Origin: Schmidtea polychroa
Taxonomy: Eukaryota
Direction: 5' to 3'
DNA: 64,000 bases
Assembly: GCA_044892525.1 (NCBI GenBank)
Contig: CM097886.1
Span: 114,514,001-114,578,000, forward strand
The notes beneath the pieces were generated by a model. The model had not been told where the DNA came from. It was given only the letters and a program-made list of their open reading frames with translations, and did no database searches. Position numbers and translations under genes: made by a program. Of the stretch, positions 1-11,280 are shown one piece after another (within the stretch, counting starts at the first letter, position 1; every line of letters begins with the position of its first letter).

Positions 1-1270
1 AGAGGTCAGACATACGATAATGCCAGTAATATCCCCGGACAATATTCCGATGTACAAGCGCGTATAATTGAAATCAACAGAACAGTTTCCTACATTCCTT
101 GTATGGCACATTCACTGAACCTATCTGGAGTTGTTGTGGTTGATACGTGCACTGAGGCAGTTACGTTTTTTGGTGTTGTTCAGAAAATTTATGTTTTTTT
201 GTTTGATTCAACACATAGATGGAATCTTGTCAAAAATGCTGTCAGCTAAGACATCATCGGAACAAAAAAGTCAGCGCTTCTTCTAAAACGTTTAAGTGAA
301 GTAAGTCTCAACACTATAAAACATACAAATCTGTCTTGCAAGAAATTGGCAACAACAATCTGCAAAAGAAAGAGGCGAGAACAGAAGCAATGAATTTGGC
401 TAAATCAATGGATAAGATGGAAACTGTGATCTTAGCGTGCATCTGGAATATCGTTCTGGAGTGTATAAATGATGTCAGCCTACTGCTATAGTCAGAAAAA
501 CGAATCTTTGCACTGCAGTAGGACTCCTGAAGTCGTTGTTGCAATTTCTAGCATCTCAGAGGAACAGGTTTGATTTTTATCGAGATAGCGCTTCAGAATT
601 ATGCTCTGAAAAGCAATTCTATTCAAAACGTGCACGTAAACCAAAACGCAAAGCGGATGATAACAATGAAACCACCTGTTGTTTTAATGGGCGAGGAAAA
701 GTTCAAAGTCGTTACCTATTATGTTATAATTGATTCCATTGTTACCGATCTTAGTCGTAGAATTGTAGCATATAAAGCAATTGACGATCGTTGTTATTTT
801 TTTACGCCGATGATGAACGCAGCACTCCAGCAATGGAATCTTTAAAATTGTTTGTGTAATTCTACTCTGACGATGTCATTGGTAGCCTCTGTGATGAGTG
901 GATTCAGTGGAGAACATTTCAAATAGAAATCCTATTATTGCCTACAAAGAAAACACCGATGCAACTGGTGAAATTGATGAATGAATTGAATCTGAAGACC
1001 GGGTTTCCAAATGGGGATGTTGCTCTGCACATTTATCTTACTTTGCCTGTTTCAAACTGTACCGGTGAACGATCCTTTAGTTATCTCAAACGTATTAAAA
1101 ATGCTGTTATATCAACTATGGGCCAGAAAAGACTAAGCAGCTTAACACTGATGGACATTATGGATATTATCGACTCTTTTTCAACAATTAAGTCGCGTAG
1201 GAGATTTTTGACATTATACAGCGCCTATCGGTATGTTACAGTTACGATTAAAAATACATTCACATAATTT
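1..1270 (+). pseudogene. hAT-family (ZMYM1-like) transposase remnant, C-terminal half
   Basis: Manual translation gives GQTYDNASNIPGQY (from nt 4) and YIPCMAHSLNL (~90-125). ORF 938-1267 holds the hAT dimerization motif LTLPVSNCTGERSFSYLKRIKN...MGQKRLSSL. Stops and frameshifts lie between these blocks. Confidence 0.82.
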
Positions 1271-1739
1271 CATATTTTTAAGATATGATATGTTTTATTT
1301 TGAGGCAGCAATTTATTTGTGAAACGGGCCTACAAAAACTTAATCCAGCTCAGTGTAGCTACGGTAAATACCAAGAGCACAAGTGTATAATTAGTACGCA
1401 ATAACCCAAAATATTCAGGTTCTTGCTTAAAATATTCTCAAAACTTGGCTCTAACTCTGAAACGCAAAACTTTTGACATCCCAAACACTGATTCCATTGT
1501 TACGTTTACCTCCCTTTCCATTTTCAAAATTCATAATGAAATTTATTAAAAATTTAATTCATACAAAAATTTATTTTATGATAACTTAGAAAAATTTAAT
1601 ATCAATTACCTTTAAACGGTTTAGTGGAGTTGAAAAAGTTATGATTTATTATCCCTCTATATATATCTTCTATATAATTAAATTGACCAATACAATTGTA
1701 GGAAAAATAATAACCAATCAACTCGTTAATCCTCCTTAC

Positions 1740-2380
1740 CTGCGGCAAATTCCTTGCAACCACGTGTCAATCGATTTGAATATAAACCGTTTGATCTCAT
1801 AATTATCCGACACAAATTTATACGAATCGAACACTCGGACTTTTCCTTTATTCCAGCGAGCGCCTAATGATTTTTCTCCATCACCGAGTAGGATTTCAAC
1901 GTGCATTATGTCGTGTTTTTGTGGTTTTTCTTATGGGAAATATTTTATCATAATGAATTAAGTTTAATTTAGCTAGATTGATTACTTTTTTCGCTGTAAT
2001 AAACTCCTTCGACAAATACTAAATCGCCTGGCTTGGCGTCTCGAATATCTGTATACTCGATCGGCAATAAATCAAACATGTAACCCTGATTCCAAGGCCC
2101 TAATCGAAATCCGAATTCATATTGTAAATCTCTCATAACGCGGCGTACTAGGGCGCAACAATCCAAATAACAAGATGAATAAAATTCATCATCTTTTGAA
2201 ATCCGGGATAATTTTGTTACAATACTTAGCAAAATTACCATTTACAGTCCAATAACGCTTAGCATATGGGACACCGATGTATTCATATGCTTGTTGAAGA
2301 AATAATTGTCGCAAATTATCTTGTTTATCGTCATCAATAATTTTTCTAATTTGATAATTTCGATTTAACTTCTTGTGCAT
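1740..2380 (-). CDS. Host multi-exon gene with NlpC/P60-like papain-fold domain (partial; ends not resolved)
   Basis: Exons 2380-2239, 2192-1986 and 1929-1740 are joined by GT-AG introns of 46 and 56 nt and splice into one open frame: YIGVPYAKRYW...YLDCCALVRRV...KPGDLVF...HDIMHVEI...SIDTWLQGICR. The GVPY, DC, PGDLVF and H motifs occur in NlpC/P60 order. Confidence 0.75.
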
Positions 2381-3294
2381 TTTGTAAGGCTTAAGTTGAT
2401 CCTGAAAATCGATAGCTATAAGTTGATTGGTTTTTATTAAAATTTTTAACTTGTCTATTTTTTAGAAATTTTCTAAATGAATCTTGCAGACATATATTAG
2501 ATTCGCTTTCATCAAAAGAAATAAAAAATGTTTGATTATCCATTTTTCTTATATTTGACAAATTAAGCAGTTAAATGAAATCCATTAATATTTAAGAGAT
2601 GTACAATAAGAATTTTTAATATTATAAAATTTAAATTAATTCAAAGAAAAAATAGTTACAAAAATTATGTTTAGAAACAATAATATACTAAAATAATTAT
2701 TTTAACAGATTATAATTAAATGAAATGTATTAATTTAATTTATAAATTTTCATATTACGCTGATATTTAAACAAGATTTATGTAGGATGGCAACGGTTGA
2801 ATAACAATTTATTCTGAAAATAAATAAGAAAATGTAAGTAAAATTACACGTTTATAATTTTAACTAATTTAATTTTCATGAAAAAATAACAAAATGTTAG
2901 GAGTACGTAATTCATCAATATTAAGTTACCCGTCGAGTCGTTGTGTTCATGGGATACCTTAGAAGGTATTGGGCCCCATTTTCTCTTGTCCCCTCATTCG
3001 TTTTTAGATTTTACTTCATCTCTTCATTGTAAACATCTACATTGAACTTCTTTGTTAAAATATTCCATGGATATGGACTGTCAAAGATTTTGAAAATACC
3101 AGATTATATGATTAATGCTTTCTATTACGTTACCATATCTTTTAAGAGTCATTTTTATTATACAGGTATTGGTTTTCTAAAGTTGCTATTAATTTCTAAA
3201 CAAATATATGTTGGGAATTTTTGTTTATTGATTTTGGAACACGTGGAGTCAGAATTTCCAACGGTTGACTTTTCATAGTTACTAAACTCAACAG

Positions 3295-3505
3295 NNNNNN
3301 NNNNNNNNNNNNNNNNNNNNNNNNNNNNNNNNNNNNNNNNNNNNNNNNNNNNNNNNNNNNNNNNNNNNNNNNNNNNNNNNNNNNNNNNNNNNNNNNNNNN
3401 NNNNNNNNNNNNNNNNNNNNNNNNNNNNNNNNNNNNNNNNNNNNNNNNNNNNNNNNNNNNNNNNNNNNNNNNNNNNNNNNNNNNNNNNNNNNNNNNNNNN
3501 NNNNN
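3295..3505. other. Assembly gap (N run)
   Basis: Run of N; ORF calls spanning it are artefacts. Confidence 1.
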
Positions 3506-4382
3506 ATTTTCTCCATTGAATTTATTAAAAAGAGAGCTTGAAGACTATAAATCAGTAATATCATAATAGTAATAATAATTCAAAAACCAAGTACTCACAA
3601 CAGCCAAGTAAAAACAACCTTGTACTAACAACCACATACCTACGCATAAAATAATAATAATTAAAGACTTAACAAAATTTATTCATCAAGTATTTGCTTA
3701 TAATAAGCTCTTCCTTATTCAGCAAGCAGATTATTTCTTATATTCTTGTCAAAGTCTAAAAGGTCAACCCCACATACCCATTGTACCATGTACTAACAAC
3801 TATGTACTTCTAACAAACAGCTAACTACTAGATACCAATGCTGGGGTACCACTCGATTGAATCTGTCCACGTTACTTCTTTTCGCTAAGGGATGATTGTC
3901 CACCTCGTATATTATCCGTTTCGCCCGTTCAACTCGCAGTGGGACCCCACGTAACTTGTCCTCCAACATAGTGCCCGTGAATTGCTCCACGTTGGTACTG
4001 CACTATGCAGGCGAGACGCCAGCAAGCAGGTGAGCTTCTGCCTTAAAACTACTCCTTGCTGAGGCCTCGACTTTTCACTTACGACTGCCGATAGAAGGGC
4101 TTACGTCCGTTCTCAGCACACAACCGCCTAGCGAAATTTCGTTGAGCACAGATTGGCATTTGTTTACTGAATCTCTAAAGTTTTTAGCTCGACGTCCTTA
4201 ATCATAATCAGACTAATCTTGAAAGGGAAAGAAAACAAAATAAACAGTAAGATTTATTGATCACCATATTATAACACAGAACTTAACCATGCACATTTCA
4301 ATGTTTTTAATAGGCAGGGGAGATATCACAACAAAGGTAGATGGAGTCTTTGAACGTCATTATGAACGCTCACCGTGGCCTC

Positions 4383-5131
4383 CTACTTCTTCCATTCCGT
4401 ATCGGCGAGTAACTCATCCAAATCAAAGAACTCGGAGGCGTTCTCCTCCCAGGTTACTCCGGTTGCTGAAATAACTCGTGCTGGGGGTCCGGTAGTTAGG
4501 TCTACGGTGCGTGAGAATCGTTAATGCTAGTTGGATTTTCCGTTGAAGAGACGTTCGGCTTTGTAGATGCACGCTCACGCTGTCTCTTTTTGCGTTCAGC
4601 ACGTGACAGTTGCCGACGCTTAGGCTTTGAGGAGCTACTGATGACGAGAGGCAGGGCGGAGGTAGAAACGATAGATGGAGTCGTTTTGCTGGTGCCGGTA
4701 AAGATCATGTCGGCTGGCTTGGGCGAGAGCTGAGTCTCTATGCACCCTCTGCAAGGCTTTCTAGACGGTGACGACGACTTTGACGAGGTGTCGTGGTGCC
4801 TTGGGAAGAGCTGATCGGCTTCGCCTATAGGAATTTGGACAATTTGCCGGGTGGCGGCTGCCTGGATATAGACTTTGTGCAGCGCCTCAGACTGCTCCTT
4901 GATTAGACTTCTCTGGGCACGGCTCTCAGAGATTAGAGCGTCCCGGCAATGCTCACTACGATGGAGCTTCTTCTGGGTCTCTTTCATCTGAGCGGGACTG
5001 AACCACGTCCCCTCTAGCTCATCGATCTTTCTTTTGTATTTCCCAATCTGGGTTTGTAAGTCCTTGATGATGGCGTTTTTGTCCGAGCAAGAAAAACAAG
5101 GACGTAACGTAGGCTTGGCAGTTGGTATCAT
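4383..5131 (-). pseudogene. LTR-encoded ORF, 3' LTR copy, frameshifted near the C-terminus
   Basis: Nearly identical to 35327-36076. A 1-nt deletion near 4508 (ggtgcgtg vs ggtcgcgtg) gives the premature end SHAP* at 4502. Confidence 0.85.
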
Positions 5132-6347
5132 GATAACTATAAAGGCAAATGTGAGATGTGGAACATACAAGATTCAATTTTAAAATATGGACTCGATTAG
5201 CTGGCTATTCGCGGGTATTCAACGAACACCAAGAAAAAACTTATTTTAACATCCAAATCTGTTACTTAGATTCTTACAGCAAAATTCAACTTAAACATAT
5301 ATTGTCGATTTGACGAATGCGAAAAAAAAGGATGGTGAAATTTCCCATGTTGGTGAAACGATTTTAATTCGCAGCTCTCCCTTTGATTTATTCAATTAAG
5401 TAGTTACGCAAGTAAGTTCATTGGAGATTGATATTCAATTACTACCCTGGGCTCGTATTCACCATTATCCATTTCAAAATTCCTATGTCGTTATTTAAAG
5501 AATTTGTTTATTTCCATTCAAACACTCGGTGTTATCGTTTACAATTTGCAGTGATTAGTTATTATGCGTCACGTGCAAGGATCGCACACTCTATTTACCA
5601 TGAGTATGTACAGCGGCGACGATTATCCTTATCACTTAGTTCACTACGCACGATCGTCGCTTGACCCGAACGGAGATTGATAGTAGATAATCGATCCTGC
5701 GAATTCTAATATCTGTTGTTATCATTGGTTGCTCACACTACTTAGCCTGTCATGATATGAAAATCTACCGGTCTAACATCTGCGAATCGACGGCTTACGA
5801 GATTCACTAGCCAACATACTTATCTACTAGCATTCGTCGGGGTGAGAATTCAAATGCATACGTCCTGTGTCAGAACAGTTGTGTGTTAATTATGCAATCT
5901 CCCATTCATATTCGGTACAGATGTCACCAACCATGAGTGGATATCGTTCAACAGGAGTTTGTGCACTAGCTCGGGTGACGTAGAAAGCTTTGGATATTAT
6001 CTCACTGTCCGCAAATTCACGCTCGTCTACAATGTTGGAATTAATTGCTGTAATTCGAAAATTCCTTTATGTTGTGATGCTTCAAAATAAAAGAAAATCA
6101 AATGATATCCTCGAGCCGTGTTCCCGGGAAGATATTCCGAATGCGATGCAGAATGGACACTTATTCAGATAGTAGGAATTTATTTCCTAACTGTATTAAA
6201 TAAAATGTTAAAGTAACTGTAGTCTTCCGTTTTAATCCATTTTCGTATTATGTCACTTATCTGAATGCCAAAAAACATAAATTCTCGACTCTGGCTTATT
6301 AGCGAAATTTGTTCATGAAATTTAATGCTGGAGTGTCGTAGATGAGT

Positions 6348-9230
6348 AAAAAAAATCAAATTTTATTTTAATCAAAACGCGGGTCACAAGGCCAAGAAGG
6401 GGAGATCGATTCTCACCCTTAAGAATTCTGCAGCTTTTAGTCAAATAATCGAAGGATATCAGAGTTATAAACTCCGATATCAGAACGTGGTTTTCCCTGA
6501 AAACTCCAGTCAGGTTTTTTGAGGGGATCCTTTCTGATGCTCCTGGCAATTGATCATTCTCTTTTAAGGTAAGCATCATTGGGCAGTGTAGGGGATAATC
6601 ATGGCTAATCATGAACATGATCAGCCATGGCCCATATAGATGCACCTGGCAATCATTCATTGGAGGTTGATTAGGAGAGGCAGAGCAAGTCCATCCTCTG
6701 TCAGGTGAGTTTCAGTTTCCGCCGGATCCAATTGAATTCTGTGGAGGTGTTCCAATCAGGTCCAATCATGTCAGGACGGATTTTCAGACGTATTTTCAGG
6801 TAGTAATTTTTGGAATGTTATTTGATTCCGCCGGATCCAATTGAATTCTGAAGAGGTGCTCCAATTAGGTCTGGTCGGATTTCGAAGTTTATCATATCCT
6901 CTGTCAGTTTGAGTTTCTGCTGGATCTAATTGGAGGAGAAATTCCAAACAGGTCAGGATGGACAGTTTCAGCTTCAGTGTTATAAATGGAATGGTTCTGA
7001 AGGAAATGGTTAATTTTTTCGGAGTAGAAAGACTATTGGTGATATTTGTAGCGTTGGATAATTTAATATAATATAATATAGCCTATAGAATGTTAAAGGT
7101 ATGAGAAAGATATAATAGAGATAGCAAGACATTAGATAAAAAAAGGATTAACTGTCAATGGGCGGGATCCATACAAGGATCCCTACAAGTACCCAATGAC
7201 GGTTGGGTAAAGAGACCTAATGTCTCCTTTTTTTCTTCTTTTTACCATTGTTCTTTGGTTTTTCTCGTTCAGGCAAGTTTATAGGATTGTCAGTTGAGTT
7301 AATAAACATAGTAGATTGGTCTATGACATCAGGATTTAGGTTTTCGGACAGGTGAGAGTATGCCGTGTTGACAGATGAGATAATTTTGCCAGCTAATTGT
7401 GGGTCTGGTAGTGACGAATTGCTGTCCCTGTGACTATGGAAGGCAGACATAATCACATCAATTTGGTTCATATGTTCAGGAGTTAGGGGTCCAGATATGC
7501 TTTGGGCTGAAGTTATCAAATTCATAATTTTATTGATCTGTATAATCGGATTCGTAGGTTTTTCAGAGTCGGAATTGGATTTGATAACCGAATCAACAAT
7601 CGTATTCATTTCGGTTATCATGTCATCAGGAGTTAGGATTTTTTGAGAGGCAGTGATGATCGGATTATCATTGTTGTCGAGGTCGGTATTGGAATTGAAG
7701 ATCGGCATGATCAATTGAGTCAAGTGGTTTAAGTCAGAGGTATGATTTTTAGGTCGGTCCAGATATGAGGCTTCAGATGATGTAATGTTATCAGGTTTGA
7801 ACACTGACTCACAGGCAGTTAAATTTGGTGATTTTGTATAATTTTCGTTAATTTTGGGTGTTGAAATAAGTCTAGATATTTGGTTCAGATGTTCTGCGGT
7901 TAAGTGCTCTGAAAGGTCTGCATAGGTTGATTTGATTGAGTTCATAAGGTCATTGCTACATCTTTGGTCCTTGGCATGACAATTGGATTGTCGTTGTTGA
8001 GTTGATGAATTAGCATGGATATTTGATCTAGATGCTCGGTCGTAAGGGGTTCGGATAGGTCTTGATAGTTTGAGTTGATGGAGTTTATGAGTTCCGATAT
8101 GGAAGTTGGATGGTCTTCATTAAGTTGATCATTTTCTTGGGTATTTTGGTGAATAAGTCTGGGTAATTGATTCAGATCAGGGCGTTCGTAGAGGTCTGGA
8201 TTTTGGTTAGTAGGTGGCTTTTTTGGGATTGGGCTAGAGTAGTGGGGTCTTGGTTGGTTTATATAGGTGTAGGATTTCGGTTTCCATATTTTGACGGTTT
8301 GTTTTTGAGCATTTTGAGGTTCGTTTGTCGGAAGTGTTGTCATCAGTAGTCGTCCGGAGGCATGTGACGTTTTCTGTGAGTCGGCCGAAGGCCGGCGAGC
8401 TGTGAATGAATTTTTCGGACTCGGGGCTTACGTTTGCTGTGAGTCGGCCGTAGGCCGACGAGCTGCGTATAATTTTTTCGTCCTCCTGAGGAGGACGAAA
8501 AAAATTTTTAGCGTGGTCATTGGATCTGAAATTATTGTTAGAATATTCAAACAAATTACTCCGAATTTGTTTTTTCTTTAATTTTTTACGTTTTTTATAC
8601 TTAGAATATTTAGATTTAATTATAAAATCATTAAAAAACCAATTATCATGCTTTTTTTCAGAAAGTGTATTCACGTTTTTATTTTTTAAAGCTTGTTTTT
8701 TAATAAAAATTTCATTACTTTTATTAATTTTATAGAGTATATTTTTAAGATTAAGATTTTCATTAAAATTAGTATTTTCATTAAAATAATGATTTTCTTT
8801 TGAATTAGGATTTATTTTAAAATTAACATTTTTCTTAAAAAAAGCATGTTTTCCGAAGGTATTAATATTAAAAGAATGGGAAAAATTAAGGTAGTTTTGA
8901 TCATAAGTTACGTTTGAGTGCCATATTTTTATAGCTGTTTCGAAAGCATCTAGGAATTCAATATGCTGCTCTCGGACCAAGTTTTCAAAAGTAAAACATC
9001 CAGAGATAATATTGTCGGCATATTTGAACGTATTATGGCTTATTTCCCGAATATTGGACCCAACACAGTCCCAGCATGCTTTTCGGAGATCCTTCGACAT
9101 TTCAATGGTTCCTGAAAAAAAGTTAATAAGCTGAAAAGCAATAAAAAACTCATTGATTTCTGCCCCAGTGCTAGTGAATGTTATATGGAGTAATTCTACT
9201 AAGCTCTGGGGACTTTTACCAAAAATTTTT
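6348..9230 (-). mobile_element. Insertion in the LTR: RT-less derivative or 5' part of a NeSL/LIN-like non-LTR element
   Basis: Absent from the sister LTR at the corresponding 37292-37302. Its 5' end (9155-9215) is homologous to the 5' region of the non-LTR element at 9845-9900, and it shares the double-hairpin motif at 11429-11491. Confidence 0.65.
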
Positions 9231-9343
9231 AGCGTGGTAGTGAAGATCAAGATTCGGATTTTCAGATAAGTGGGACTTTCGAATGATGAGATGTGACGTT
9301 GTGAAATGATGAGAAGTGTAAAATTTGCATTTTCCCCAATCAC
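7217..9343 (-). pseudogene. Broken ORF1-like reading frame (N/I/S/T-rich, internal helical repeats, basic C-terminus)
   Basis: Overlapping ORFs 8234-9343, 7942-8343 and 7217-7945. Repeated motif Y.DLSE.LT.EHL.QI..LI. The last ORF ends NNGKKKKKRRH. Confidence 0.5.
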
Positions 9344-11280
9344 TGTGAAGCATATACATGACTCCCCAAAATTTCGGAATCTGTTACTGAAATCAATAAG
9401 ATATCCTTCTATGAATTTTATGTCACCTTCAGCGATTGGACCCGTGAAGAAGCCTCCACATTTCGGCCCAATCTAGCTGCGTGATTGAAATACTCCATGT
9501 CCACCGGCTGAGCTCCCGAAGGCACCTCACGCCATGACATGGAGTATCTCAACTCCACGTGTCTCATTAAATTTAATTCAATCAAATAATACTTTATGAA
9601 ATAAAAACATCCAAATTGTTCGATAATAATAAATTTATTATAAAATAAAAATGTACTTTAACCAAATAAATCGTTTACTTTATTAAATCATTTATGGGAC
9701 CAAACGAAGAGAAAATTAAAACTAATTTAAGAAAACTTTTAATCATTCATTAAATAGGTGCAATTACCATTAACTTCAAAGAGATGTTTTTTCTTTAAAA
9801 AATTTTTAATGCATGATAATCTTTTCAAATTCTTATTACCCGCCGTTACCCAGTGCTTAGCAGAACTACTGCTATATATCATTCATAGCACTGGGCAGAA
9901 ATTGACCGTGACGCTGAGAAAATAATTGTATTTTTCAATTCAGGTAGGACGAAAAGCGGAGATGATCTCGCACAATGCTGGAACCGGATTCGGACGCGGC
10001 TACGACAGAGATATTCGAACACGGCGCTTTATGTAGAGCAAACACTGAAGGGAAAAATGAAGAGAGCGGCCGATATGGACCAGAGAGCGATTACGCTGCT
10101 CACAAGAGTCCGAGATAACAAATACAGGAATAATACAAACGATAAAAATAATGAAAAAGAGAACTTTAATAATATTAATAATATTTATTCTAAGGATCAA
10201 AATAAATGGAGAAATGAAGCTGCTTTGAGACGGCAGATGACAATGGAACACCGTGACACGACTACTCCACCTCATGACCTGGACTATGGACATGGACCTG
10301 GCAGGCAGATGGCTGCAGCGCACAGAATAACGACTCCACCATCCTGTGATCTTGATTGCCAGGATGTATCCGGCAGAGGCTTTGTGGACGGGAGAGATGC
10401 TGGAGGAGTAATGAATGGGTACGATAATTATGATTACTCTAATAAAAATAAATCAATAATATATAATTCGAATCAAACAAATATGAGAGGAAAAAATAAT
10501 GACTATTACCCGCATGACAACCATATAAAGAAATCAACCTATGGCTTTGCTTCACCTAATATGCCTGCTGAAAGTAACTCTCCCTCTAAATGCTTTAATA
10601 ATGAAAAACAAAATACTTCTTACGTGAATGGCCGTCCGTTAAATGAAAAGGCATACTATCTTGACACTCCTGATCTGCCTAACAGTGATAAGGGATAAAC
10701 ATCTCATACAAGAAATCCACAGAATAATCAACTGTAACAATAAATTAATGAACTTAATGCGAAAATAATTGATAAAATAAACAATAATAACCAAACCTAT
10801 GCCAACAATTACCTTCTTCCACATCCTTCTTCTGCCCAATATGATGAAAGAAGTGCTCCAATAAAAATAAATCCACCTTCCTATAAAGAGAAATTAATAA
10901 ACAGAATAAATAAAAATAATGCCCATGAAGATCGAATTAATGAAGACTATATTAGAAAATACAGTCTCCATAATGATACGAAATACTATGATTATAATAA
11001 AGAATGTAATACTCATATTGACAATAGTAAAAAATACTATTGTCCTGACGAATATAGTTACTTTTGCGAAAATCGCTCTGCCAAAAATGGCGAAAATAAA
11101 TTTAAATTAATTAATAATGATAATAATAATATATTTAAACAACATATTTATAATAATGATATAAGTAATAGTGAATATAATAATAATAAAAAGCATAATT
11201 TAAATAATGAAAATTATAAATCCAATAACTCTAAAAATCCAAAAAACAAATATAATAATAAATTTATAATTAATAATACA

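Larger units (their letters stand above)
3839..9785 (-). repeat. 3' LTR of copy 1 (interrupted at 6348-9230; U3 end not visible)
   Basis: 3839-6347 matches 34562-37292 and ~9231-9785 matches ~37301-37857, with only scattered SNPs and small indels. No PBS follows it. The ~660 bp promoter end is absent and may lie in the 16960-17328 gap. Confidence 0.9.

Noticed and set aside
3530-3562. 27-nt identity with ~41721-41747
   Set aside because: Too short and AT-rich to interpret; likely a dispersed repeat fragment.
5428-6172. Short ORFs identical in both copy 1 LTRs (5428-5664, 5990-6172; 36373-36609, 36935-37117)
   Set aside because: The identity only reflects LTR duplication; no counterpart was seen in the divergent copy 2 LTR.
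9910-9960. CTGAG...GGACGAAA, hammerhead-like fragments near the N1 5' end
   Set aside because: The core is CTGAGAA rather than CTGANGA, and there is no GTCC partner for stem II.
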